DNA from: Candidatus Saccharimonadia bacterium | GTDB taxonomy: Bacteria > Patescibacteriota > SICC01 | Direction: 5' to 3' | DNA length: 64,000 nt | Assembly (NCBI GenBank): GCA_025449535.1 | Contig: JANWJF010000001.1 | Span: 613,136-677,135 of the forward strand | In this document: positions 36,146 through 45,931 of the stretch, in pieces | Position numbering within the stretch: the first letter of the stretch is position 1 | How the letters are laid out: each line of letters begins with the position of its first letter | Notes under the pieces: model-generated | What the model was told of the DNA's origin: nothing | What the model saw: only the letters and a program-made list of their open reading frames with translations | Database searches by the model: none | Made by a program: the position numbers and the translations under genes

Positions 36146-37657
36146 ATGGCGAAAAAGTACTACATCACGACCGCGATCGATTACGTGAACGGCGCGCCTC
36201 ACATCGGTCACGCCGCGGAGAAGGTGCAGGCCGATGCGCTAGCGCGCTGGCGTCGGCTCCGAGGAGATGAGGTCTTCTTCCTGACCGGCACCGACGAGAA
36301 CACCATGAAGTTAATCAAGGCGGCGGACAAGGAGCGGCTCGAACCTCAAGAGCTGGCGGACAAGTACGCGGGTCAATTCCGGGCGATGTCCGACGGATTG
36401 GACGTCTCATACGACCGGTTCATCCGGACGTCGGACAAACGGGCCCATCATCCCGGCGCCCAGCGGGTATGGCAGCTGCTCGATAAGAACGGCTATATCT
36501 ATAAAGGGAAGTATGAAGGTCTGTACTGCCTCGAATGCGAGCAGTTCTATACCGAGAAGGAGGTCGTTGACGGGAAGTGCCCCGAGCATGGCATCCTGCT
36601 CGAGAAACGTTCGGAAGAGAACTATCTGTTCAAGCTCTCTGCGTTCACCGACCAGATCCGCGATTTGATCGTGAGCGGCAAACTGCAAATCGCTCCGGAA
36701 ACCCGCAAGAACGAGATTCTTTCGTTCTTGGACGAGGGCCTGAAGGACGTCAGTTTCTCACGCCCGGCGGACAAGCTGACGATGGGAGTACCGGTGCCGG
36801 GGGACGACTCGCAGCGCATGTACGTCTGGTGCGACGCGCTGACAAACTACATCACGGGAGTCGGATACGGTACCGACGAGACCGAGTTCAAGAAGTGGTG
36901 GCCGGCCGACTTGCACGTGATCGGCAAAGGCATCTTGCGATTCCATGCCGCAATCTGGCCGGCGATGTTGTTGGGTGCCGGTATTGAGGTCCCGCGAGGC
37001 GTCTTCGTGCACAGCTACTTCACGTTGGAAGGAAAGAAAATCAGCAAATCGAAGGGAAACGTCATCGCCCCGTCCGACCTGACCGATCGCCACGGCGTTG
37101 ACGCGATACGCTATTACTTGCTCCGAGCGTTGCCATATGTTGAGGACGGCGATTACTCCGAACGTCACTTCAAGGAAATTTACGACGCCGAGCTGGCGAA
37201 CGACCTCGGCAACCTGGCCAGTCGGGTGCTGACGTTGATCGAAAAAAAGTGCAGCGGGAAGGTGCCTGCTGGGAAAGCCGACCCAAAGCTCAAGGAGCAC
37301 GTCGGGCAGGCGCATCACGAAGTCGCGAACCTGTTGGATGCGCCGAAGTTCGCGGAGGCACTGGAACGTCTCAACGGAATTGTGTCGCTTGCCAACCGGT
37401 TCATCGAGGAGCATAAAGTCTATCAGCAAGAGGGTGACGATTTGAATGACTCGCTGTACACGCTGGCCCAGGTACTCGGCCATCTGGCGCTGCTGTATGG
37501 CCCGTTCATCCCCAAGGCCGCATCCGAATTGCAATCCCGACTCGAACTCAAGCCGGACGGCTGGGACATGGAATCATTACTGGAGTGGGAGAAGGTGTCT
37601 CCCAATACGCGGGTCACCAAGGGCGACCCGCTCTTCCCGAAGCAGCCGAGCGACTGA
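36146..37657 (+). CDS. metG: Methionine--tRNA ligase (short form)
   Basis: PHIGH, GTDE, CLEC..CPEH knuckle, YVW.DAL.NY, GK.ILRFH, KISKS. Confidence 0.97.
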   Translation: MAKKYYITTAIDYVNGAPHIGHAAEKVQADALARWRRLRGDEVFFLTGTDENTMKLIKAADKERLEPQELADKYAGQFRAMSDGLDVSYDRFIRTSDKRAHHPGAQRVWQLLDKNGYIYKGKYEGLYCLECEQFYTEKEVVDGKCPEHGILLEKRSEENYLFKLSAFTDQIRDLIVSGKLQIAPETRKNEILSFLDEGLKDVSFSRPADKLTMGVPVPGDDSQRMYVWCDALTNYITGVGYGTDETEFKKWWPADLHVIGKGILRFHAAIWPAMLLGAGIEVPRGVFVHSYFTLEGKKISKSKGNVIAPSDLTDRHGVDAIRYYLLRALPYVEDGDYSERHFKEIYDAELANDLGNLASRVLTLIEKKCSGKVPAGKADPKLKEHVGQAHHEVANLLDAPKFAEALERLNGIVSLANRFIEEHKVYQQEGDDLNDSLYTLAQVLGHLALLYGPFIPKAASELQSRLELKPDGWDMESLLEWEKVSPNTRVTKGDPLFPKQPSD

Positions 37658-37692
37658 TGGCCTAAGATAAGGCCGGTAAAAACAAAAACGAC

Positions 37693-38847
37693 ATGCTGCA
37701 TCATCTTCATCATCACTACCACGTTCCGCGGTTATCCGGCATGACCGAATTGTTCTGGGCGCACGGCATTCGTAGCCTGGGTCAGAGCCTGGTCGCGATC
37801 TTTATCCCGATCTACTTGTATCAAATCGGCTATCCGCTCACGGAAGTGTTCATATACATGGTCTGCATAGGCGTGTTCTGGCTGGCGCTGCTGTATCCGA
37901 TGATGCGCTTGATCAACCGGTTCGGAGCCACCCGGATGATGGCACTCAGCATGCTCTTCAATATCGCCCAATTCGCGCTCCTGTTGACCCTGCCGGACTT
38001 CGGCTGGCCGCTCTGGTTGATCGCGCTTACGCCGGCGCTCTACACGGCGATTTATTGGCCCGCGTTCCGGGGAAGTTTCGCCGCCAATCTGGCGCATCGC
38101 CGGACGGGACGGGTGGTCGGTGCCTGGAGCGCGGTCCAGACCCTGGCCGTTGGCATCGCGCCGGCGATCGGCGGTGTGGTTGCCACGGTGTACGGCATCA
38201 ACGCTCTCTATCTGATAGCGATCGCCATGTTCTTCGTCGCCGCGTGGCCGCTGCTGACCGGCCCGACGTTCGTCCGCCATCGTCCGTTCAAGATCACTTG
38301 GAGGAAACTCTGGCGGTACCGTGCCGACGGCGTCGCGAACCTGGCGGAAACCTACAACGACATCACGCTTTCGCAAACGTGGCCGTTGTTCGTCTTCTTT
38401 GTAATCCCCACGTATGCCGGCGTCGGCGCGCTGAGCTCCGTGATCGTCCTGACCTCGATCCTGGTATCGTTGTACGTCGGTCGTCGCGAGGAGGCCAAGG
38501 GCGTGCGCCACTACCTGCGCGAGGGAACGTTCATCAACGGTATCGGCCAGGGACTCAAACTGATCGTGGCGAACGTCGGTCATATCTTCACCGTCAACTT
38601 CGTCTCCGGCGTCGGGTACTCGCTGTACCTGACCTCGTACAACACGCGGTACTACGAGAAGATCGAGCATAACGGATTGCCGTATCTGTTCCTGATGCAA
38701 ATTGTGAGCGCGCTGGCGTGGATCGTCGCGTTCGGTGGTCTGCTCCTGCTGACCCTGGCGCTGCCCGACCTGCCGCCGCGCACCGTCCTGCTGGTCGGCA
38801 TTTTGGCAGCGGTCCCGATGAGCTTCCTGATCAGGAAAATCCACTGA
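37693..38847 (+). CDS. MFS-type transporter with His-rich N-terminus (paralogue 2)
   Basis: MLHHLHHHYH; FIPIYL, APAIGG, YAGVG, SLYVGRRE. Confidence 0.8.
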   Translation: MLHHLHHHYHVPRLSGMTELFWAHGIRSLGQSLVAIFIPIYLYQIGYPLTEVFIYMVCIGVFWLALLYPMMRLINRFGATRMMALSMLFNIAQFALLLTLPDFGWPLWLIALTPALYTAIYWPAFRGSFAANLAHRRTGRVVGAWSAVQTLAVGIAPAIGGVVATVYGINALYLIAIAMFFVAAWPLLTGPTFVRHRPFKITWRKLWRYRADGVANLAETYNDITLSQTWPLFVFFVIPTYAGVGALSSVIVLTSILVSLYVGRREEAKGVRHYLREGTFINGIGQGLKLIVANVGHIFTVNFVSGVGYSLYLTSYNTRYYEKIEHNGLPYLFLMQIVSALAWIVAFGGLLLLTLALPDLPPRTVLLVGILAAVPMSFLIRKIH

Positions 38848-40001
38848 TGTCGATCCGACTCGCCCATCACGCGCACTACCACCACCTCCGCATGAACGAG
38901 ATGGGTCGGGTGGTGTGGGCGCACTTCGTCAGCACCTTCGGGATGTCATTGGTCTCGGTCTTCGTGCCGATCTTCCTCCTGAAGTCCGGGTATACGTTCT
39001 CGGACGTGATGTTGTATCTGGCGGCCTTGGGACTGTTCTCCCTGCCGCTACAACTCGTGGCTGCCAAGCTGGTCGTCCGTATCCGGGCCAACCACGCCAT
39101 GGCGCTCGGTATCGCGGGCAAAGCCGTCTTTCTGATCCTCTTGATGACCCTTGGCAGCGAGTCTTGGCCGCTTTGGCTAATCGCGATGTTTTGGGCGGTC
39201 TGGCGGGCTTTCTACTGGGTCGCGTTCCACATCAACTTCTCGAAGACGCGTAGCCGGAAGCGCGAAGGCAAGCAGGTCGGCGGCGCCGCAGCGCTGAAGA
39301 CCCTGGCGGGCGGGTTGGCTCCGGCCATCGGCGGTATCGTCGCGACCTCGTACGGCATCGACATCGCCTACGGCTTGGCCGCCGGACTGTTGGTGGTGGC
39401 GCTGGTACCGCTACTACACGGCCAGGAGGTCAGCGTCCGGCGGCCGGTGCAGTTGCGGCTGCTGCATTTCCGAAAGGTCTGGCGGGACCTGTTCGCCAAT
39501 GTATCGAACGGCATCACCACCAGCAGCGAGATCATCATGTGGCCGATCCTGGTCTCGTTCCTGATTCCTTCTTACGCAGGGATCGGCATCCTCAGTTCGG
39601 TCGTGGTCCTGAGTTCGATTGCGGTGTCGTTGTACGTGGGGCGCCGGGAAGGAAAACGTGGCAAACATCGCTACATCCGCGAAGGCGTCTTCGTCACGAC
39701 GATCAGCGACGTGTTCCGCCTGCTGGCCCAGAACGCCACCCATGTGTTCGGCATCAATCTGTTCGGCGGCATCGGGAACTCCCTGTACTACACACCGTTC
39801 GTCACCAAGTACTACGACCATGCCGACGAAGAACCGCGGCTCGAATACCTCACCGCCATGGAGATGGCGCACGAGGTCGCCTGGAGCCTGTTCTTCCTGC
39901 TGGCGTTCGCGCTCTCGTTCTTCCTCTCACCTGCGACGGTCCTGTTGGTCTGTATCGCGATCGCGACGCCATTCAACTTCGGGATCCGGGCGATCCGATA
40001 A
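38847..40001 (+). CDS. MFS-type transporter with His-rich N-terminus (paralogue 3)
   Basis: ATG overlaps previous stop (TGATG); MSIRLAHHAHYHH; same motifs. Confidence 0.8.
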   Translation: MSIRLAHHAHYHHLRMNEMGRVVWAHFVSTFGMSLVSVFVPIFLLKSGYTFSDVMLYLAALGLFSLPLQLVAAKLVVRIRANHAMALGIAGKAVFLILLMTLGSESWPLWLIAMFWAVWRAFYWVAFHINFSKTRSRKREGKQVGGAAALKTLAGGLAPAIGGIVATSYGIDIAYGLAAGLLVVALVPLLHGQEVSVRRPVQLRLLHFRKVWRDLFANVSNGITTSSEIIMWPILVSFLIPSYAGIGILSSVVVLSSIAVSLYVGRREGKRGKHRYIREGVFVTTISDVFRLLAQNATHVFGINLFGGIGNSLYYTPFVTKYYDHADEEPRLEYLTAMEMAHEVAWSLFFLLAFALSFFLSPATVLLVCIAIATPFNFGIRAIR

Positions 40002-40004
40002 ACC

Positions 40005-41153
40005 ATGTGGCATTTCCTCCATCACCCGCTCCATTACACTCCGCATGCGCGAGAACTCCGTCATCTGTTTTGGTCGGATGGAATCGCGTCAATCGGCGTG
40101 GCCTTGGTCCAACTGCTGGTGCCGGCGTATCTATTGACGCTGGGGTACTCCCTGCCCGAGGTCTGTCTATTCTTCGTGATTATGTACGGCGGGATGATTC
40201 CCATGAGTTACGTGACCGCACGGTTGCTTGAGCGGGTTTCACCGAACGTACTGATGGGTGTCGGCGGTCTCTTGGCGATTTTCTCCTACGTCACACTGTT
40301 GCTTTTGTCTGTAACTGATTTGCCACTTTGGCTGCCCGCCGCCATACGAGCCGTGGATAAGGGATTGTATTATGTCCCGTTTCATTTGAGCTTTTCGAAA
40401 TCCCGGAAACGAAGCAAGGGTGATAGCCAGGTCGGCTTAATGAAGACGCTGAATATTTTAGCGTACGGAGTCACCCCGGCTATCGGGGGAATCGTGGCGT
40501 CATTGTTTGGCATTGCATGGGTATACGGGATCGCGGCCGGGATGTTCCTTGTGGCGGCAATCATCATTATCAATGGGCCGGATGTTGCCAAGCATCGGCG
40601 ACTGAACCCGCGGCTGCTTTCCCGGCGGGTCATCAGGGACGTGGTTGCCAACGGAATGGGCAGCAGCCTCGAAGCCGTCAGTACAGTGGTCTGGCCCTTG
40701 ATCATCTTCCTTTTGGTTGATTCGTACGCCGGCGTGGGCATCCTTAGTTCAGTAATTGTACTGACATCGGCCGCGACCGCGTTCTGGATCGGCCGTCGCG
40801 CCGACCGGCACGGCGAGCGACAGTATTTACGACGCGGTTCGTGGCTAGCTTCCGTGACTAATGGGCTGCGCCTGCTCGCGGCAAGTACAACGCACGTTTT
40901 CGGTATAAACTTGCTTGGCGGAATTAGCGGTGCGTTGCTCAGTACAACGTTCGTGTCCCGGTATTACAAGCATGCCGACCGGGAACCTAGGCTTGAATAT
41001 ATCTGGGCCATGGAAACTGGTCATGTCGTCGGCTGGACGGTATCCATGACGATCCTATTCGTACTGGCCTTAACACTGCCGATGAAGGAAGCATTGACGG
41101 CGTTCCTGCTTCTGGCGGTTCCGCTCGGTTTCGGCATACGGTTGATACGATGA
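40005..41153 (+). CDS. MFS-type transporter with His-rich N-terminus (paralogue 4)
   Basis: MWHFLHHPLHYTPH; PAIGG, YAGVG, HAD.EPRLEY shared with paralogue 3. Confidence 0.8.
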   Translation: MWHFLHHPLHYTPHARELRHLFWSDGIASIGVALVQLLVPAYLLTLGYSLPEVCLFFVIMYGGMIPMSYVTARLLERVSPNVLMGVGGLLAIFSYVTLLLLSVTDLPLWLPAAIRAVDKGLYYVPFHLSFSKSRKRSKGDSQVGLMKTLNILAYGVTPAIGGIVASLFGIAWVYGIAAGMFLVAAIIIINGPDVAKHRRLNPRLLSRRVIRDVVANGMGSSLEAVSTVVWPLIIFLLVDSYAGVGILSSVIVLTSAATAFWIGRRADRHGERQYLRRGSWLASVTNGLRLLAASTTHVFGINLLGGISGALLSTTFVSRYYKHADREPRLEYIWAMETGHVVGWTVSMTILFVLALTLPMKEALTAFLLLAVPLGFGIRLIR

Positions 41154-41157
41154 TGCC

Positions 41158-41931
41158 ATGAGCAATCTTTCGCTTGTCGACACCCATGTCCACCTGGACT
41201 TCGACCAGTTCGCGGCGGACCGCGACGAGGTACTGGCACGTGCGGCGGATGCCGGCGTCACCCGGCTGATCAACGTCGGGACGAGCCTGGCGGCCAGCGA
41301 GCAGTGCGTCCGGCTGGCAGAGGAGCATCCGTCCGTATGGGCCGTGGTCGGGGTGCATCCGGCGGACGCTGGCGACGTGGACGGACCCGCACTCGACCGC
41401 TTGAAGGAACTGGCGGCCCACCCCCGCGTCGTCGCGGTCGGCGAGATCGGCTTCGATTACTTCCGGGATACGAACCCGCCGGCCGACCGTCAGCACGAGG
41501 CGTTCGCCGCCCAGCGGGAGATCGCCCGGAGCACGGACCTGCCGATCATCGTCCATCTGCGCGAACCGGACCCGGCGGCGCTGGCGGCCTTGCTGGAGCC
41601 GCCGGTCCGTGGCGTCGTCCATTGCTACACCGGGAACCTCGTGGACGCGGAACGGCTGCTCGCGGCCGGCTATCTCATCTCGTTCACCGCACCGGTCACG
41701 TACCCGAAGAACGACGCGCTGCGAGAGGTCGTGAAGGCGGTGCCGCTCGACCGGATCATGGTCGAGACGGACTGTCCGTTCCTGCCGCCGCCGGACAAAC
41801 GGGGCGAACGGAACGAGCCCGCCTACGTGGTGGAGACCGCGAAGAAAATAGCTGAGATAAAGGGAATTTCGCTTGACGAGGTGGCGCGTGCGACGACCGT
41901 GAACGCGGAACGCCTGTTCGGGTTGGATTAG
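41158..41931 (+). CDS. tatD: TatD family hydrolase
   Basis: DTHVH, GVHP, GEIG.DY, IVH.RE, VHCY, ETDCPFL.P, RNEP. Confidence 0.95.
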   Translation: MSNLSLVDTHVHLDFDQFAADRDEVLARAADAGVTRLINVGTSLAASEQCVRLAEEHPSVWAVVGVHPADAGDVDGPALDRLKELAAHPRVVAVGEIGFDYFRDTNPPADRQHEAFAAQREIARSTDLPIIVHLREPDPAALAALLEPPVRGVVHCYTGNLVDAERLLAAGYLISFTAPVTYPKNDALREVVKAVPLDRIMVETDCPFLPPPDKRGERNEPAYVVETAKKIAEIKGISLDEVARATTVNAERLFGLD

Positions 41932-41962
41932 CCGGCCGTACGGCGGTAGGATGAGTCTGCAA

Positions 41963-43174
41963 ATGGCCGTAAACCAAAAGAAATACCGGATACCCCTGGC
42001 GGTACTCGCGCTCGTGTTGGGAGCGACGTTGGTCGTGCCGCGGTTCGCGTCCGCCGACCCGTTGGACGAGTTCACCAAGATCGAGCAGCGGCTCAACGAG
42101 AAGGCCGGCCAGGTGGATACGCTCCGGGACGAAGTGGACCTGCTCGATGAGCGGGCCGACGCGAAGCTGGAGGTCCTGGCGGAACTGCGCGCCCGGATCG
42201 CGAAGCTTCATGCCGAGCTGGGCGATACCGTCGGCCGGCTGGACGGCCTGCTGGCCGAGGAACGGTCCGTCCGCGGATCCCTGGGCGAGGTGGTCCGGGT
42301 CGATTACGTCGAAGGCTCGCCGGGCGCTTGGGAGGTGCTGGCAGGGGCCGGCGGCCTGTCCGACGCGCTGGACCAGCAGACTGCCAACGGCTCCCTGGGC
42401 GATTACGCCCGCAGCCTGGCGGACGAACTCGGTGAGATGCAGGAGGACATCGATCGCGACCGGAAGAGCCTGGTCTCGCGCAAGCGCAACGTGGAACAGC
42501 TCGAGGCCGAAGCCGCCCGCCAACTCGCGGAACTGGACGCGGTCCGCGACGTGAAGCGCCAGTTGCTCGCCTCCACCCAGGGCCAGGAGGACGCCTACCA
42601 ACGGCGGTACGACGCGGCCCGGGCGCAGTTGATCAAGATGGGCGTCTTCGGCAAGAGCGGCTGCTCGCGCGTCGGGTCCCGGGTCTGGCCGGATCGCGAC
42701 GGGTACTTCAACCAGTGCGACCCGCGCTGGGCGGACGCCAAGCTGGGGTACTCCGACAGCTCGACCCTGGGCGACTTCGGCTGCGGCGTGGCCTCGCTGG
42801 CGATGGTCTACAAGCTTTACGGCAACGTCGGACATACCACGCCGCTACAGATGAACCGGGAGCTTCGGAACGTGGCCGCGTTCCAGGACGATCTGCTTTG
42901 GTGGAACCGGGTGGGCGGGGCATATGGGAACCGCCTCGACGTGACCGTCCACAACGGCGGGACGGACTGGGGCGCGATCGATGGGAACTTGGCGGCCGGC
43001 CGGCCGGTGATCGTCTGGGTGGACCGCGGGCCGATCAACCATTACGTGGTCCTGCTGCGCCGGGACGGCGGCGATTACCGGATGCACGACCCGATCGAAG
43101 GGCCCAACCTGCGCTTCTCCGACCACTACTCGACGGGCGCCGTCCAGCAGTACGTCACGTTCCGTTCCGTCTAG
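41963..43174 (+). CDS. Secreted coiled-coil + C39-like cysteine peptidase
   Basis: Signal peptide, long coiled coil, YFNQ.DPRW...GCGVASLAMV, HYVV, DP; alternative ATG at 41951. Confidence 0.8.
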   Translation: MAVNQKKYRIPLAVLALVLGATLVVPRFASADPLDEFTKIEQRLNEKAGQVDTLRDEVDLLDERADAKLEVLAELRARIAKLHAELGDTVGRLDGLLAEERSVRGSLGEVVRVDYVEGSPGAWEVLAGAGGLSDALDQQTANGSLGDYARSLADELGEMQEDIDRDRKSLVSRKRNVEQLEAEAARQLAELDAVRDVKRQLLASTQGQEDAYQRRYDAARAQLIKMGVFGKSGCSRVGSRVWPDRDGYFNQCDPRWADAKLGYSDSSTLGDFGCGVASLAMVYKLYGNVGHTTPLQMNRELRNVAAFQDDLLWWNRVGGAYGNRLDVTVHNGGTDWGAIDGNLAAGRPVIVWVDRGPINHYVVLLRRDGGDYRMHDPIEGPNLRFSDHYSTGAVQQYVTFRSV

Positions 43175-43183
43175 CCCGAACGT

Positions 43184-44866
43184 TTAGTACATCGGCCAGG
43201 GCAGCACGAACAGCTGGGCGAAGTCGGCATCGTGTCCGGCCGTCGTGACCGACCAGAAACCGTTACCCAGTCCGAATATCGTGCGCAGGAAACTGTCCGC
43301 TTCCTGTTTGACCACGGTGCCCGTGTGCTTGAGCTGGATGGTCTGCCCCGGGGCTACGTCGACCGGCGAAGAGAGTGTACCTTTGACGATACCGCTCCCC
43401 AAGCTCGCGGTCTTCGCCTGCTTGCCGGTAGACAGGTTAGTCACGGTAACTTCGCCGAGATTGGCGCCGACCGGGGCATACCCGCCGGCTTCCGTCAGCG
43501 TCACGGCTCGATGGGCGTTCGTGACTGTCACGGTGAAGTTGCCGGTCGCGGTATACGCGTAGTAGGGCTGGTTGGAATACGTCGTGCCCCCCGAGACCGC
43601 CTGCCAGCCGTACCAGGGGAGCCGGGTTCCATCATCGGACGTGGCTGACCCGCCGTACGCGCCGGACGTGGGACCCTCACCAACGCGGCGGCCCCAGACC
43701 CAATTCTGTCCACCGTCCTGGGACCAGGCGACCGCTTCCCGCGGGTCCAGTCCGGCGATGGCACCCGGGGCGGCCGGATCCAGGTTGTTCCGGCCGTTCG
43801 GGCCGGAGACCGACTCCCGCACCGTCGGCGAGTTGGTGGAGACGAAGTTGTTGGCCGGATCGCTCGCATCGTTTTGGTAAACCATCGCGTACATGGTGCC
43901 GCCCTTGAGTTGGACCCCATTCAGGTTGAAGTAGAGCATCTGGGTCAGCCCACTGATCCCGTACGCCGTCTTCGACTGGTTATACCGGTCGACGGCCTTG
44001 ACCCGCTCCTGCGCGAGGACGTTGTTCAGGTTCGGCGTACCGTTCGCGTTGACGGTCACCAGGCGGGCGTTGACGTATCCCCCGTCTCCCTTGCCGTATC
44101 CGGTCCGGCAGCACACACCGGCACCCTCGACGTTGAAACCGGAAAGGAACCGGTGGACGGTCGTGTCCTGCGGCAGCACGAACCTCAGGGCGTATACGTA
44201 GTTACGGCTGTTCAGTACCTGGTTGTTGACGTTATACATTCCGATTGGAATGTTTGGCTTGCGCGTACTAGTCCCGGGAGTGGCTGGGGCGAACGGGGTC
44301 GGAGTAGGGGATGGAGAAGCCTTGGGTGTCGCGCTCGGGGTCGGGGACGAGGCGGTGGTGCCCAGGAATTCTATCTTGTCTAAAATGAGATTCCGGTCGC
44401 AGCTGGAGGTGTAGCGGTCGTTGATGAATGCGATCCGCACCGTATGGTTGCCGGCCGGGACGTTCACCGTGGTATCCGTCGTGACATAGCTGGTTGTTTT
44501 CACCGCCACGTTGCGGATCTTCTTGTTATCGAGGTATATGTCCGCCGATGGGCCGCTGCCGCAAAGTTCACCCCGGAGGCGGACGCTCACTATCTGCAGC
44601 TGGCCGGGCACGTTTAGGGTCTGGGTAGCGCTGTAGTTGCCGCGGATCTTCAAGGCTTTCCCGCTGCTGGCATTACTGTCCGAAATGACTTCCGAATGCG
44701 CCGGATCGAAGCTCGTGGCCTCTCCTTCGACAAGGGCCAATCTACTTCCGGCAGCGAACGTACTAATAGCGGTAATCAGGGCCGTGGCGCAGACTAGGGC
44801 CGCCAAGACCTTCCAATGGCGCCGTACGAAAACGTTAGTCCGGGACAATATGCTTGAGTGACTCAT
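43184..44866 (-). CDS. Secreted/anchored protein with carbohydrate-binding-like module and uncharacterised C-terminal domain
   Basis: N-terminal TM; G.HTV.IAF.ND...DRNL.LDKI (CBM-like); PTP linker; ~360-aa Gly/Asn/aromatic-rich domain. Confidence 0.7.
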   Translation of the reverse strand: MSHSSILSRTNVFVRRHWKVLAALVCATALITAISTFAAGSRLALVEGEATSFDPAHSEVISDSNASSGKALKIRGNYSATQTLNVPGQLQIVSVRLRGELCGSGPSADIYLDNKKIRNVAVKTTSYVTTDTTVNVPAGNHTVRIAFINDRYTSSCDRNLILDKIEFLGTTASSPTPSATPKASPSPTPTPFAPATPGTSTRKPNIPIGMYNVNNQVLNSRNYVYALRFVLPQDTTVHRFLSGFNVEGAGVCCRTGYGKGDGGYVNARLVTVNANGTPNLNNVLAQERVKAVDRYNQSKTAYGISGLTQMLYFNLNGVQLKGGTMYAMVYQNDASDPANNFVSTNSPTVRESVSGPNGRNNLDPAAPGAIAGLDPREAVAWSQDGGQNWVWGRRVGEGPTSGAYGGSATSDDGTRLPWYGWQAVSGGTTYSNQPYYAYTATGNFTVTVTNAHRAVTLTEAGGYAPVGANLGEVTVTNLSTGKQAKTASLGSGIVKGTLSSPVDVAPGQTIQLKHTGTVVKQEADSFLRTIFGLGNGFWSVTTAGHDADFAQLFVLPWPMY

Positions 44867-44982
44867 ATGTTTTGTTTTAGTGGGCCCCTATATGCGTAGA
44901 CTAGCTGATACTTTACGGAGTGCAAACTTTTGTAGGAACGTCCATACCCTTGGTTGGAAAACGGGAGTAAATTCCTCGCACC

Positions 44983-45465
44983 ATGCTGGTCCGGGACATC
45001 ATGACGACGAAGGTGGTTACGGTCGGTCTCGACACGCCGGTCGAGGAAGTAGCCCGCTTGATTGCCGAGAAGAAGATCAGCGGCGTGTTCGTCACGAAGG
45101 GTGGGCACCCGGTAGGACAGATCTCGCACGCGGACCTGCTGAGGCATACGCACCCCACGCCTGCCGAGCTGTATGAGGATTACGTCCATAACGGCGATTA
45201 CGAGGAGATCGAGCACCGCATCGCCGACTTGGTCGGCATGCCGACGGAACAGGTGATGCGGCCGGGTGCGATGATGATCTCGCCGGATACGCCGGTGATG
45301 AAGGTCTCCGCGATGATGCTGGTCCGGGACGTCCACCGGGCGGCGGTCGTCGACGACACCGGCCTGTGCGGCGTAGTCTCGCGCGGTGACGTCTTCTATC
45401 ACCTGATCCGGGCCGAAGTGCTCAAGAAGCGTCGGGCGGGCACGCGCGGCAAGACCGCGGCCTGA
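44983..45465 (+). CDS. CBS domain pair protein
   Basis: VRDIMT..V.TV..DTP, ISG..V, VVDD..L.GVVSRGD. Confidence 0.88.
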   Translation: MLVRDIMTTKVVTVGLDTPVEEVARLIAEKKISGVFVTKGGHPVGQISHADLLRHTHPTPAELYEDYVHNGDYEEIEHRIADLVGMPTEQVMRPGAMMISPDTPVMKVSAMMLVRDVHRAAVVDDTGLCGVVSRGDVFYHLIRAEVLKKRRAGTRGKTAA

Positions 45466-45505
45466 CGGGTGACGAAAACCCGTTCCGACGCGCTAGAATG
45501 CGGGT

Positions 45506-45931
45506 ATGGCTGACGTCGCAACGCTCGTCGACGAATACCTCGCCGACACCATCCTGATGCAGCTGGCCACGACCGGCGGCGACGGTCCGTGGGCCTGCAC
45601 GGTCCATTACGTCCCGGACGCGGACCGGAACTTCTATTGGTTATCCCGGGAGGATCGGCGACACTCGCAGGAACTAGCGAAGGACCCGCGGGTCGCCGGC
45701 GTGATCGTGAAGCCACACGAGGTCGGCGAGAAGCCGCGCGGCATCCAGTTCGAGGGCACGGCGGAACGGGTTGCGGACGACGACGTGGAGCGCGTGCAGG
45801 GACTCTACAAGGACCGGTACGGCCGTGACGGTTTCCCGGACCATGTGTTTTACGTCGTGAAGCCGTCCCGGATCGTACTGTTCGACACCGTGAACTTCCC
45901 GGACGATCCGCAACAGGAGCTGAAGCCATGA
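45506..45931 (+). CDS. Pyridoxamine 5'-phosphate oxidase-like (YhbP-like) FMN-binding protein
   Basis: MQLAT....PW, FYWLS....RHS, P.VAG.I, GIQFEG. Confidence 0.8.
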   Translation: MADVATLVDEYLADTILMQLATTGGDGPWACTVHYVPDADRNFYWLSREDRRHSQELAKDPRVAGVIVKPHEVGEKPRGIQFEGTAERVADDDVERVQGLYKDRYGRDGFPDHVFYVVKPSRIVLFDTVNFPDDPQQELKP

